A stretch of 64,000 nt of DNA from NCBI GenBank assembly GCA_964016885.1, contig OZ024748.1, positions 54,374,001 through 54,438,000 on the forward strand, given 5' to 3'. The notes under the pieces were generated by a model. That model worked only from the letters and a program-made list of their open reading frames with translations. It was not told the DNA's origin and did not search any database. The DNA comes from Eledone cirrhosa (taxonomy: Eukaryota). The translations under genes were made by a program, and so were the position numbers. Shown here in pieces: positions 38,441 through 52,779 of the stretch. Every line of letters begins with the position of its first letter. The first letter of the stretch is position 1.

Positions 38441-38580
38441 TGAGTTACCCATAGCTCTCTTGAGTTACCCATAGCTCTCATGAGTTACCCATAGCTCTCT
38501 TGAGTTACCCATAGCTCTCTTGAGTTACCCATAGCTCTCATGAGTTACCCATAGCTCTCTTGAGTTACCCATAGCTCTCA
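38441..38580. repeat. 20-bp minisatellite x7 (TGAGTTACCCATAGCTCTC[T/A])
   Basis: Seven exact units differing only at the last base; no spacers, so not CRISPR. Confidence 0.97.
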
Positions 38581-39026
38581 TCCACACCATCTAGTTTTTG
38601 TAGTTTCATATTTCTGAGTTCAAATCCTGTGAGTGGAGAGCAGTCTATTCTAAACTTCCAATGTCATTGAAATCACTGTGTTGTCTATACCAAAGGTCAT
38701 GTCACTTTACAAGTTCCATTTCCCCTTTAACACCCACCTTCAAAAATTGGTCTTAGATATATATAGAGAGAGAGAGGGAGAGGTGTATCATATGTCAATA
38801 TATGTGTGTATAGGTATGTATGTGTTTGTGTGTGTGTTAGTTATATAAACCTCTGTATGTTGTTATTCAGGTACTAACTTCAATACAGCTAATTAGCTAC
38901 ACAGCATATCCCTTCTTAATCTTATTTCTTATATTTTCCTCATTAAATTATTTCTCTGAACTGTAAACACAAATACACACACACACACACACATATACAT
39001 ATACATATATATATATATACAAATAC

Positions 39027-39067
<41 letters not shown>

Positions 39068-39355
39068 ACTCTATGTGTGTGTATATCTGTGAAAGAAGAG
39101 AAAGCGAGAGAGAACTTCAAAATAAATAAGTACATTTCCAGTCTACAGCAGCAAACTTGTGGCACTAATTTATATATATATATATGTGTGTGTGTGTGTT
39201 CTTTTAATTAGTGTTCAGTTAACAGCCGTATCTCTGTGTTGTTTTACAGGGTGTGTGGGTAGGAGAAATTTACCACATGCTAGCCTGGTTCCATGTGTAT
39301 GTCCATGAGTGTTTGTTGTGTGTGTATTTCTGTCTTTCAATTACTTAGGAGGTAT

Positions 39356-39419
<64 letters not shown>

Positions 39420-39552
39420 ATATATATAACATATATAATGTATATAAAATGGCTGACTGAACACACATGCTTTTTCTCAAAAAGAGAAATTTGTTCTGTT
39501 TCTTCCTCTTCTCATTCTCTATCTATGTATTTCTTCTTTTATTTCTCATTCT

Positions 39553-39590
39553 ATCTCCTGATGAAGGACTAGCATCTGAAACATTGACAT
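39553..39590 (+). ncRNA. Decayed minimal type I hammerhead motif
   Basis: ATCTC-CTGATGA-A-GGA ctagca TCT-GAAA-C-ATT-GACAT; same family as 22803-23076; most deviations are CpG-type transitions. Confidence 0.55.
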
Positions 39591-39615
39591 TCTTTTTCAA
39601 CTATACAAAGCCTTA

Positions 39616-39651
<36 letters not shown>

Positions 39652-39690
39652 TTTTACTGTATTGTTTGTTTTGTTGTTTCTGTTTACCTT

Positions 39691-39738
<48 letters not shown>

Positions 39739-40870
39739 GTGTATACAGAGAGAGAGATGAAGGTTAACTATATACCTACTACCTCTAAAGAATGCAAAGA
39801 ACTCAATATATTTCTGATTTACTATACAATTGAAAGGTTCAAGTATCAGCAATGGGCAAATGGTTTTAGTATAATGATTTAACAGAAAGTATCTTAAAAA
39901 TTGGTTTGTTAATTCAAATGTTTATAGTATCTTTACTAGTGGAGAGATCATTTTGGAAATTTGCAGTAAACTAAAGACTTTAATATTTAATGTGATGCAG
40001 CTATAGTGTTGTTTTGTTTGTCTTGTTAATGTGGTTTCATGCAGGACAGAACATTGGAAGTTCAATAGAAGCTTTTAGAATTGTAGATTAGGGGTCATTT
40101 GGGGTGGTTTAGTATCTAAAGGGTTAAGAAGCATGAGCCTTTTTTTTTTGTAGAATGACATTGAAATAATTGTGTAAGATTTACTCAATTGTTTCAACAT
40201 ATTAATGTCAAGTAGTTATAACAATGATCTGACCATGCTAGTGCTCATGGGAGAGGTAAAATAGGACTTATGAAGACAAGAATTGGTCTTAGCAAGATTT
40301 GAACTCTGATCAGTGTGGGGGTAGTTAATTAGATAGCATAACACATTAAAACATTTACACCACAACTCTCTACCTATATTGGTGTGCTAGTTCTGCTGGT
40401 TTTAAACTTACACACACACACTCATACATATGTACACATCCATATATATGTGTGTGTGTATTTATATACACACACACACACATACACACACAGATAGACA
40501 TATATATACACATTGTATGACTGAGCAATCTATTTACACACTTATCTGAGCCGTTCTTCAGATTTATTTAATTATATACAGAAGCTTCTACTGTTTATAG
40601 ACCTAGGCATTTATCAAGTATATTGTACATATGTATAGAGGGGTGGTGGGGGTGGTGGAGGAGGAGGAGGAGTTGAATAAACAAAAGTTACTGCCAGGGT
40701 GGCATTTCTTGTGGAACCTTACAAAGGGCAAGCTAAATGGGTTTGATCTTCACTAAGACTTTCAGGAGTATATATGTGTGTGTGTGTGTGAAGGAGAGGT
40801 AGAGATAGCATGTGTTCATATGCACACATATATGTTAGTACTCCACATATAAACATGCACACACACACAC

Positions 40871-40918
<48 letters not shown>

Positions 40919-41528
40919 GTGTACATACATATTGTGTTCTATCATGCTCCAATCATACAGTTGTACACACACTGATTTAATGACATTACCGCAACACACA
41001 TTCTAATTAATACACATGCACGTTTACACACACACACACACACACGCACACGCACAGATCTCTGTAAATACAAACATATTTACATACACACACATTCAAA
41101 ACCCCAAATATCAGTCCCTCACATACGAAATAGCCACCAACATCTGGAATGCTTCTCTCCAGACCTACCATCCAATACATATACACACATACATATATAT
41201 GTACATTTGCACACACACTCATACACACACATGGTTCTAAAGACAGCAAGAAAACTCTTCAAGTCTTGTTATTGAAGCTGTGGTACAACTCCTGGCTTTT
41301 ATTTGTCTTTCATCCTTGTGGTGTTTGGGTGGTATGGTGGTGGTGGTGGTGGTGGCAGTGGTGGTGATAGTGTTGATGTGAGTCTACTGTCTGTCTGTCC
41401 GCCTGCCTGCCTGCTTGCCAGTGAAAGTATAAGACTATGAAAGTTTAGTCTAGCTATCATATACATTCACACATAGATGTGTGTATATATATATATATAT
41501 AGAGATACGTATACAAAAAATTGTGTGT

Positions 41529-41561
<33 letters not shown>

Positions 41562-42154
41562 CACCACACACACACAATTTTTTGTATACGTATCTACCTA
41601 TTGCACTTACATATGTACACTGATCTGTTTTGCTTTCTCTTTTTTTACATATTCAACTGTATATAGATACTCTGTCGTGTGTATGTATGTGTGTGTGTAG
41701 GCATTAAAAAAACAAAGTGAGAAAAGCTAAACTCCGAACCATACACACAATCACACATGAAGTATGTTAAGTCTAACATTTATCACTGAATCTGTACACA
41801 CTCACACACACACATACTAATCTTTCTCCCTGTATCCATACATAAACATATTCCTATGTATGTGTATATTTATGTCTGTTAGTGTGTGTGTTTATGCACC
41901 ACACTCAATGATATTTGAGATGATCCTATAACCCTCTTCCCAGCTCCATATCATAATCATAACATTAAGCAAGCTTTGTACAAGTATAATGTAATGTAAT
42001 AAGGACCAAATCATATATATATATATGTAAATGGTAATACACTTGTCCAGCAAACAAGGTGTGGATTCTACCCCCATATCTCTTGATGCCCATCTTTTTC
42101 CATTCAGCGGGCTTATATGTCCCCTTATTATTAAACTATTATATATATATATAT

Positions 42155-42278
42155 AAATGGAATAGAATGAAATAATACATGTGTAAAGTTTGAAAACAGT
42201 CGGTCGGGTGGTTCTCGAGTTTTAGGGATTCAAACTCACACACACACAGACAGACATCCTCAGTTTTATATATATAGA
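42155..42278 (-). mobile_element. Helitron-like 5' end fragment
   Basis: Minus strand reads A|TCTATATATATAAAACTGAGGATGTCTGTCTGTGTGTG...AACCACCCGACCGACTGTTTTCAAACTTTACAC, the 5'-TC plus microsatellite layout of non-autonomous Helitrons. Confidence 0.6.
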
Positions 42279-42559
42279 TATATATATAATTTAATTTATT
42301 ATCTTATGTATTGAGCTCCATTTTGTTTCTTCGCAACCGAGAGGTCTTCATCTTCTGATCCAAATGTTCTAATTGATTCTTGTTAGATCTTTAGTTAATC
42401 TGTTGTACTATGAAGATGCTAGCTCGGCTTAGAATCTTCCTCACTCTTGGAGCCCTACTATGGCTTCTTTAACTCTTCCGTTGCCGTATTTCTAATGAAA
42501 GACACTGCCTATGATTTTATTGATATTGCTTCTAGGACCACACAATTCAATATATCACA

Positions 42560-42760
42560 CCTTGTTCAAGATTGAACGGCACAATTTGAGTAATAGCTGT
42601 CTATTATTTTTAGCAGATTGATCAACCAGTTAGAGATCCCCACTTCGTGGCTTTTGGTTGTTTCTCTTGTTGACTATAATGGTTCAAGACATTAAAGTAT
42701 AATTTGAAGTCAATTTGGCTGATATTTCTAGCAGATAAATCAACCAGGTTGTGGCTGTTT
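42560..42760 (+). repeat. Two tandem copies of a dispersed repeat (also at 30425-30490 and 44400-44460)
   Basis: TTGA.G....TTTGGCTG.TATTTCTAGCAG.T..A.C.ACCA motif. Confidence 0.6.
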
Positions 42761-44075
42761 TGTTGATCCATCTAGTACCCTGTTGTGTCTGCTGTTTCTT
42801 GTGTGCCTCTGCATGTGTGTGCAATACCTTGGTCTATTGGTTTCTTTTCTTCAAGCCCCACTTTTACTTATGGTACTTGTAGAGGACTATGAAGGACAGA
42901 AGTGGTGGTATTGAGGGTGGGGTGGTGATGTATTTGGGGGTAGTAACATGCATAGGGTGTGGTCCAGCATGAAGATATCTCTGTTATTTTACCAGAGGGT
43001 GGGGCTCTCTGTGTGTATGCTGGGTTGGCACTAAGGGAGTATGTATATACTCTACCCAGTTACACACATTCTCTAGACTTCAAGGCTGTTTTCCCATTGC
43101 CCATTGTTGTTCTTCCTCCTCCACTTCTTCCACCCTTCCTCTTCTCACTGTCATACTCTCACTCCACCCACACCCCTTCATATACACACCTTGCCTTGTT
43201 CTTTGCCATCTTTGAGAAGCTTTTGTCTTCTTTTCTGTCTGTAAGTAGTCTGTATATATTTGTAATAAAGAAAGAAACAAAATGAAAAACAAGACATAAA
43301 AGGGAGTGGAAGGTGAGGCGGAGGGGGTGTTCATGCTATTTGACATTTATACATATGTTCACTTTATAGACACACACATGCATGTGTTAGGGTATAAACA
43401 CTGAGGCAATCACACAGAAATGAGCATACATAAGCATATAATTCAATGTACACACACATACACACATAATACATAGATACATACATATACACAGAGAAAT
43501 AAACATACATAAAAAATACCATTCAATGTAAACACGCATAAAAATACAGTCCAATGCTTAGATAGACACATGAACTTGAAAAAACAATGGCATATGAAAC
43601 ACACATACATACACACATATATACATACACATATATACATACACACATATATACATACATATACACATACAGAGTCAGTTTAGCTCAGTCCAAGATGACA
43701 GAAGCTGAGAATGGCCAGGATCATTTCAACAGTGTCTCCAATACTTTAGGCATCTGCATTTCATCAACAAGACAACCAGGAGATGTGGTGGTTTGAAGTA
43801 AGGGTGATAGTTATAGTATGGAGAAGCCCTCACTCTTCGTCACCCACTTTTTAACGTTCTACCCCCTCTTCTCTTCTCTCTGCATAGCACCTCCACATCT
43901 ACCCGTTACACTCAGTTCTAAATTTCTATGCAAACCACCCCTATCACCTCTCTTCAGTCCTACACTGTTTCATTGCAAATGTTGTGTCTTGTATCCTAGT
44001 ATTTTACTCAGATCAGTTCTTTTGGAAGATTAATTTATTTTTTAAAATAATGATGATGATGATGATGATGTTTAA

Positions 44076-44337
44076 CCCTTTAGTTACCACTTCTTTAATG
44101 AAAGATGCTGTGTCTATTGGTTTCAAATAATTTTGAAAATAATCAAGAATTCAGATGGAATTCAGTAATGTAAATAAATTTGTTATTATTCGTTTGATGC
44201 TTAGAACGTGACTTAACAAAACAGAAACTTCATGATGGAAGGTTGTTAGATAAATATCATAAACACATTAAAATAAACAATCTACAGCTTAATACGAAGA
44301 ACCAGAGGTGATTTCAGACAGTTAGCCATCAAAAGGG
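44076..44337 (+). mobile_element. piggyBac-type MITE B1, full length
   Basis: TTAA|CCCTTT...AAAGGG|TTAA. Confidence 0.9.
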
Positions 44338-44850
44338 TTAAAGGAATCTGGGACTCCATTCTCTAATATGACCTTCTTTTTTTTATACCTTGTGGGGTGT
44401 CATTTGAGGGAGATATTTGTCTACTATTTCTTGCAGGTTAACTGAATACATAAATGCTCCCTATTTGGTTGATAGCTGTTGTTGTTGGTGATGGTGGTGG
44501 TGGTGAATTTCAGGTTAGTGGAGTGGCAGTCAAATTTGCATTGTATTTCCCTTGCTGTTTCCACTACCCCCACTACCCATCTCACTCCTTCCCCTCACAG
44601 TTCACCTGTCCTCACCTCCACATACATACCACCACCACCAACAACACTAAAACTATACCAAGTTGTTAGGCAAAGATCAGCATTGGTTTGTCTTTAATTA
44701 CTACTTTTTAAACTGCTGTCTCCTTGCCATTGTGGAAAAAACACAAGTTCAGGCAGTGTCTTTTGTCTTTTCCTTTTAAACTGTCAGTAAATTATGTATT
44801 TATTGTTATTGCCATTATTGTTGTTGTTGTTGGTATTATTTTCTTGAGGA

Positions 44851-45030
44851 TGGTGGATTGGCAAAGTTGTTAGGGCATCAGACAAATGCTTAGATTCTGT
44901 TACACCTCTTTACATTCTGAGTTCAAATCCCACTGAGGTCGACTTTGCCTTTCATCTTTTCGGGGTCAGTAAAATAAAGTACCAATAAATCAGCCCCACC
45001 CTGCTCGCTTTGTGTCTAAATTAGAAATGA
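44851..45030 (+). mobile_element. SINE family A
   Basis: GGTGGATTGGCA...GAGTTCAAATCCC..GAGGTCGACTTTGCCTTTCATC..TTCGGGGTC. Confidence 0.85.
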
Positions 45031-45701
45031 ATGTTTTTATTATTATTACCACCAGCAAATAGGTGCAGAACGGCTAAATTATTTGAGGAGGTTACTTTGC
45101 AATCTTTAGGTCATGGATTCAAATTCCACTACATGGGAATTTAGGCAAGTGTCATTTACCATAATCTCTGATGGACCTGTGCTGTGTGTGTGAAAACTAA
45201 GTTGGCAGAAGTTACTTGAAAGTTACCCATCAGATGAACCATACTGTAAATTAAAGAGTTGAAATTAATACAGATTAAAAGATTTCCCAGCTCTATTATC
45301 ATTCATTCATATGCTGCCTATGAACTTTCCAGCTCACCCTCATATATATACAACAGTTGGTGGGAGCAGGGGCTTGATTTTAGGTCCAGGTGGAGGATAG
45401 AAACTTAGTACTGGAACATACTGAGCTTTACTACTGCTCTGGCTATTTCCTACATACTATAACGTCCCTTTTTATGTATTTGTGTCTGTATGAGGGGGAG
45501 GGGGTGTCAGTCTCATTCTTTTACTTTATCTTTCCATTCTCTATCTTTGTGTTGATCTCTCTCTCTCTCTCTCTCCAGTTTTACATTCTTTCTCTGAGGC
45601 CCTGCTTCTGAGGAAATAGATATGGAAGGGTGTTTACAAATGGGATTGGAAGTAGACTGGGTTACATAGCTTGTTCATGCTTTGTTCTATGTGTATATGT
45701 A

Positions 45702-45748
<47 letters not shown>

Positions 45749-46031
45749 TTATATGTGTGGGGAGGGGTGGAGACCAGCACGGTGGTGGGGGCAGGATGAA
45801 TGTGGAGTAGTTTTATTATATTTCTTTAGTTTTATGTTTTGTCTGCAGAGGAGTGAAGGTGTCAGCCAGGTCCTTTCTGTTCCATTCCAGCTTTAAGGAG
45901 AAGAGGATCTCTGCTAGGGAAGGGGCTGGGATAAGCAGTTTCCTCTTTTTTTATCTCAGCCCCAAATCATCTCGGTTACTAACACCATACACCCCTTAGT
46001 TTTTATTTATTTGTTCACTGTTGAGATTAAA

Positions 46032-46482
46032 GTGGTGGTGGTGGTGGTGGTGGTGGTGGAAGTGATAGAGGTTGTGATGGTGGTGGTGGTAGTGATAGAG
46101 GTTGTGGTGGTGGTGGTGGTGGTGGTGGTGGTGGAAGTGATAGAGGTTGTGATGGTGGTGGTGGTAGTGATAGAGGTTGTGGTGGTGGTGGTGGTGGTAG
46201 TGGTAGTGGTGATAGAGGTTGTGGTGGTGGTGGTGGATGTGGTATTAGTGTTGGTGATAAAGGTTGTAGTAGAAATGGTGTTGTAGTGATGGTGGTATTA
46301 GTGGCATTAGGGGGGATACAGGTTGTGGTATTGGTGGTAGTTGTAGTGGTGGTGATGGCTTTGGTGGCACTCGTTGTGCTGGTGATTGTAGTGGTGGTGG
46401 TATCAGAAATGTTGGCAGTGATAGTGGTTGTGGTTTGTTTTAACTGTCCATGGTGGTGAAGTTGTTTATGGTTGGAGAGGAT

Positions 46483-46535
<53 letters not shown>

Positions 46536-46545
46536 ATGATAATGG
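46032..46545. repeat. (GGT/AGT)n composite repeat with a higher-order AGTGATAGAGGTTGTG unit
   Basis: Seen directly; explains the poly-Val ORFs. Confidence 0.9.
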
Positions 46546-46661
46546 TGGTGGAGGTATTTTTGAGAGCCTGTCTGTTTAGAATATCATTGGTGGCCTTAAT
46601 GGTTTTGCTTAGAACTTTTTAGAATATAACTTCTTGAGTTTCTATGTATTCATGCATGTAC

Positions 46662-46751
<90 letters not shown>

Positions 46752-46849
46752 TTGGATGTAGACCTAAATGTTTTCTATTTTGTATATATGTCCTTTCTTT
46801 CATGAACATGCACATACACATATACTAACACACACCTATGAGTGTGAGT

Positions 46850-46891
<42 letters not shown>

Positions 46892-47161
46892 ATATATATA
46901 TAAGATGACAACTTATGTAAACAAACAGGAATTAACACAAAAACGAAAAATATATATATATAAATAAATAAAAATTAGGGGCAGTAAGTGATAGACACAT
47001 ATCTATGTATAGCCTGTATTTAGCTACATACATACATACATACAATAGAATATACATACGTACATACATACATAAAGAATACCGCCATCTTAGAAGTAGG
47101 AAAAAAGGATTAACTCTATTTTTTCTTTGTTTAATATTCAGTACCCTAGTTTGTGCTTTGG

Positions 47162-47237
<76 letters not shown>

Positions 47238-47372
47238 ATGCGTGCTTTTTATAAAACAAATTAAACACACTCTAAATAGGGTGGCATTGTCAGGATGGAT
47301 AGAAAAAGGGTGTGGTCACCTGGATTAACCTGTCACTTTGAAATCTGCCTTTTTTGTGAGTGTGTGTGTGTG

Positions 47373-47403
<31 letters not shown>

Positions 47404-47550
47404 AATGTAGTTCACTGGAACATGGTAACTCTAACCACCAACCCTCCAACTGCCAACCACCACCACTGCCCTTACACTGATCCCTCCCCCATTACTAACC
47501 ACCATCACCACTGCTAACCACTTCATTCTTCATTATTTTGGTTAATAAAT

Positions 47551-47731
47551 AGATTGGCAGTATTGGTAGAGGGTCGGATGCCATGCTTTGACGCATAGAG
47601 TTACGGCCCTTGCCATTCTGAGTTCAAATCCTGCCAAGGTTAACTTAGCCTTTCATCCTTATGGGGTCGATAAAATAAAGTACTAGTAATACACTGGGAT
47701 AATTGCTGGCCTTGTGCCAAAAGTAGAAACA
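47551..47731 (+). mobile_element. SINE family A with 19-bp TSD
   Basis: ATTATTTTGGTTAATAAAT at 47532-47550 and 47732-47750. Confidence 0.93.
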
Positions 47732-47837
47732 ATTATTTTGGTTAATAAATCTCTATTTGTTTCTTCTATGCTCCTTCTTCCATTGGCCCTTAATCCTATA
47801 TATGATTTTTGTTTATATTCATTTTTAATCTGTATTC

Positions 47838-48056
47838 TTGTATTCCTTTACTGGTTTTACTCATTAGACTGAGGCCATGCCAGGTCACTGATTTGATTTA
47901 GTGGATCATATGGTCCCCTTCATTCTTTTCAAGGCTGGTACTTATTCTATTCAATTCAAGACATAAATACTAATATAGACATAGAGGCACACACACACAT
48001 ATGTGTGTGTGTATGTATATAGAAACAGGTACAAAAGAGCAACAGGCAGGATAGAG

Positions 48057-48095
<39 letters not shown>

Positions 48096-48268
48096 TTATA
48101 TGATTGGCTTCTATAGCTTTTGTAGTCTGTCCACTAAATTCCACTTAAAAGGTATTGGTGAACCCAAGGCTATACTAGAAGACACTAGTTCAAAGTACCC
48201 TGTTCTGAGACTGAACCCAAAACCTCATGGTTGTAAAACAAACTCCCTAACCACACAGCCATTCCTGT
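47838..48268 (-). mobile_element. SINE family C with internal microsatellite
   Basis: Minus-strand tRNA-like head TGGCTGTGTGGTTAGGGAG...GGGTTCAGTC; tail matches the 5686 and 19112 copies; a related head lies at 45060-45230 (+). Confidence 0.65.
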
Positions 48269-50401
48269 GCCAGTGTATGTATAACTTTTGCTCTGCTCTG
48301 GAAACCAAATTCTAGCATTTTGTCTGTTAATCTCTACCAGCACCAGTCAGTAAAAGGAACAGACAGAGAAATCCAACGCCTCTTTCTCTCTCTATCTGTT
48401 TCACTAACCATCCACCATCAACTCCCATTACCTCACACCACATACCCTGCCACCCAAAGGTTGTGTGCTGAGTGGAGGTGTAGTGGTGGTGGTGGTGGGG
48501 TAACTAGTTACAAGAATATGAATTCCTTAGCTTTGTGATGGTGGTGGGAGGTTCAAATTTGTTAATTAGACACAGACCAGGGAGTACTAAATTCCTTTGT
48601 ATATATATAGTTATGCATATAGATATATATCTGTATATGTATATATACGCATGCATGCATACATGTGTGTGTGTATATATATATATATATACAAACAAAC
48701 AAACTGGCACGCATAGTTTCCAAATTTTATTAATTTGAGACAGGCTATGAAGTACTAAATTCTTTCTTATCTATCTATATAAATATATACATATATTTAT
48801 ACACATTCATAATCATCACCACCATTATCATCATATATATATTTGCATATGAGTGTGTATGTGTGTCTAAACAGTAAAACACACACTTTGTTTTAGATAA
48901 TTTTTTCCTATTTATTTATATAAGCTGATTCCCGTGGAAATTCCTCAGTTGTAGAAAAGCAAAGCCCTGAAATTACTCTGATATACATTTGTTATTTTAT
49001 TCTATCAGTTGAATTATTTGACCATTAATTATCATTATCATAATTTAAGCCATTCATTTAGTAGTTCTTTATATAGAAATGTTTGCTTGTTGGTATTAAC
49101 TATCCTAACAAAGACATTAGTTAATTTCCAACTCCTACAGAATTTAGTATCTAACTATACATAACTAAACACTGTAAATCTCTATCTTATTAAATGTTCC
49201 AGCCTGTACTTTATTAATTGCCATTGAATAAGCTGATATAACTGGAAGCTTAGTTCTTTTTAGATGGTTCAGTTTAGCAAGACATTTAGTTGCATTAAAG
49301 TGCATGCATGGAATAATTGATGGTTTAAAAATAAATTATATATTAGTTTAAAAGAATTAACCTTAGTTTTTGCTTTCTCCATCTAACTGTAACCACTACA
49401 GCCACCAGCTGCATTTTTCAGTACATCATATGTATGAATGTATGTATATATGTTCTTTTGATTATGTTACTAACATACTGTAAGTAAATAGCGTTCTCTT
49501 TCTTCTGCCTCATAACATTACTTTTTCCTCTTTTTATCAAAATTTGTCTCTCTTTTCTCTTCCTCACATTACTATTACACTTTCTATCAAACCTTTCTGT
49601 CTCTTCTTTAACCTTCCTCCATCTGTGTCACAATATATACTTGGCATTTTCATATTATATATTATTTTCTCTGTGAAATGATTTTTGTTTTCTTTTTTCT
49701 TACTAAAAGAAAAAAAAACATATTACTATATGTTCTCACCTTCTTTTCCCAACCATACTCCCCCTCTCTCTGAAATGTGGTAGTCTAGTAATGTTAGTTG
49801 TCATTGTTGTTATAGTTCCTGTTGTTATTTCTTCTCCCCCCCCCCCTCCCCAACTTTCCTTCTCTTATCTTCAGCACTGATTGGTTATTTCCATACTAAA
49901 GTTATTTTTCTGGCTAAAACTGTACCAAAGATAAGATCTGATCTGCTTGTATTACATATATTATATATACCTTTGTGTATTCCTTCCTCTGTTTATATAT
50001 CTATAGACACCAATGTGTGACTGTATATATATATATATATATATATACATACATACACACACATATATATATGAGTTTGTCTGCGCTATACTCTTATATG
50101 AGAACTATGTCCCATAGTCCTGGTGATATATTTGAAATGAAATATTAATTCACAACTCTTATCTATTTTTACATATAGTCTACTTTTCTCCACTTTTATA
50201 TCTATTTGTTTTACTTCAATAAGTTATTAATATGTCTCTTTGTGGGTGTGTGTATGTGTGTCTGTAAATATGTATGTGTGTATGTGTGTACATATTAGCA
50301 TAAATATATTTACATTTTTTCTCATGCTGGCCACATTTCTGTATGTTTAAAGACTAGCACTCACTTGAGGGCTTGTATCTCTCTCTCTCTATCTATCTAA
50401 G

Positions 50402-50466
<65 letters not shown>

Positions 50467-50860
50467 CATACATTTATGTATATGTGTGTGTCTGTCTATA
50501 TATGTATGTATGTATATATATATTTTGTGTGTGTGCATGTATGTGTTTACACATACGTCAACAGCAAAAGAAGGTGTTTCTACACATTTAGCCACAAATA
50601 ATTACACAAGCGAACAATTTCTATAAATGTTATTGTTGTTTGTTTCCTTTTTTTTAAATCATCATCATCATCATCATTATGAAATAAGAACAGCAAACCA
50701 AGATTGATTTATTTTACATATAATCTTAGTTCCACTATTACTTCCACACTTGCCCTCACCATCATAATCCCAGTCATCATCATCATCATCGCCACCATCA
50801 TCACCATCACTACCACCAGCACAGCAACAAGCACAACTAACGCACTGCAATATTTTGCAG

Positions 50861-51013
50861 ATGGTGAACCTGAGTTAGATGAAGAAAACACACCTCCACG
50901 GGCCGACACCACGCAGGAGTCAGAGGTTGCGAACCACACTGCTTTGCTGGCTCCCTCAAACTCTTCGCTACTGAGTACTAGTTGTCTCCTCTCTACTGGT
51001 TCAGCTCCCACAG
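50861..51013 (+). CDS. Internal coding exon, 153 nt, phase 1-1: (D)GEPELDEENTPPRADTTQESEVANHTALLAPSNSSLLSTSCLLSTGSAPT(G); host gene not recognised
   Basis: Branch-point ACTAAC ~20-25 nt upstream, TTTTGCAG acceptor, CAG|GTAGGT donor, open frame, length divisible by 3, GC-rich relative to flanks. Confidence 0.75.
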
Positions 51014-51989
51014 GTAGGTGGCAGCACTCCATCATTTCGACCATACCACCACTACCACACACATATACACATTTAGCTATTAACTTCATTGGTAACAAAT
51101 GTTTATCTTATTCATAACTGTAACACACACAACTTTTTAACTCTCATTTTTCTTTTTATCACCTTATTCTCCCTTCCTTACTGTTTCTTCCACCACCACC
51201 ACCACCACCACCACCACCATCCACTCATTTATCAGCCTGACTTGATAAATTAGAAAATCTTGTCCTATATCTCTTGGTCACAATTGTGTGCATGTCTGCA
51301 TTCATATATATGTAGTATCAGTGTAAAATGAATACAGAAAAATAGTTACATAAGAGGAAGGAACAGCTGCATCTATAGACACTTTCAGCCACCTTTTAGA
51401 GTGCAATTTTGCACATAAAGGTGGGATTGCACTTTTAACACTAGTTTGCACAACTGATTGTTGAACCGCTCTATTAGTGCAATGTATGGGAGACAGAGAA
51501 CAGACAGTGTCTTTTGAATGGAAACTGAAATGGAACAGTTGGTTGTTTAGATCAGGTCAATCACGACCTATGGTCAAAGTTATTCCAGTTGTTTTGTTGC
51601 ACTACGCTCTTTTGTTTTTGGGTGCCTTTCAAATTTTAAGGATGTATGTTTGTCATTTTATATATATTTTTTTTCAACACATGGTTTTCAGCACTGGTTT
51701 TCCGGTTGCATGCCCTTTGTATCACCAACCACCTTACAGTTTACAGTATGGCCTGAGTACAATTTATTGTACCACCAGCTCTGGAGAGGTTGACAGTGAG
51801 ACCTCTACAGCTTTATCAGTTTTTATTCATATTCACTGCTCTTCTGGTCAGGTTGCCTTCATTTTGCTACGGCTTAGAGTTCAAGTCAACCTCATATAAT
51901 ATGTGTTTATTTATTTATAGAAGCCACACTGTAAAAATATATATGCATGCATATTTATATATATCTATATATCCACCTCTCTCTCTCTC

Positions 51990-52026
<37 letters not shown>

Positions 52027-52028
52027 AC

Positions 52029-52102
<74 letters not shown>

Positions 52103-52779
52103 ACCTCTCTCTCTCTCTATATATATATATGCTTTGGAATTATGCTTTTGTGTCTTTCATGTATTTGTTGCAGAAGACCTTTGATGATATTCTTGTCATT
52201 GTTACATGATACTGTTGTTATCTTTATTGTCTTAGAAGACATTTCTGTTGACATTTCAGCCATTTTTGTTGTTGTTGATGTTGCTGCTGCTGTTGCTTCT
52301 GTCTTTTACCACCCTCTCCTTATATTAAACACCTGAACAATGCTGCCTTCGGATTAATATTCTTCCTTCATCCAGATTTTTTTTCTCCATCCTCTTTCCT
52401 CTCCCCTCCCCTCCCCTCCCCTCCCTCTCTCCACCGTTTGTTTTTGTTGTTGGTTGTGCTGTGGTGGTGGTGGTGTCAGCATCAGAAGGAACAATGATAG
52501 ATGGAGGGATGTATAGATGTAGTGAGAGAAATTTGACATACATATATATATATACATACATGCCAATATGCTCACTAGCACATATACATACATACATTCA
52601 TATATATTCACACACATACATACGTATATACATACTTACATACATATAAATATATACATACATATATATATATACACATGCATTCTCACATATATACATA
52701 CATACATAGCACAGCTATAAAAATGTGTGTTGTATATGTTTGTATGTGTAATGTCTTTTAATATAATTTGGCTGATTTC

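Noticed and set aside
38441-38580. CRISPR-like regular repeats (also 105-392)
   Set aside because: No unique spacers and no cas genes; eukaryotic minisatellites
46011-46622. Poly-valine ORFs
   Set aside because: (GGT)n/(AGT)n microsatellites
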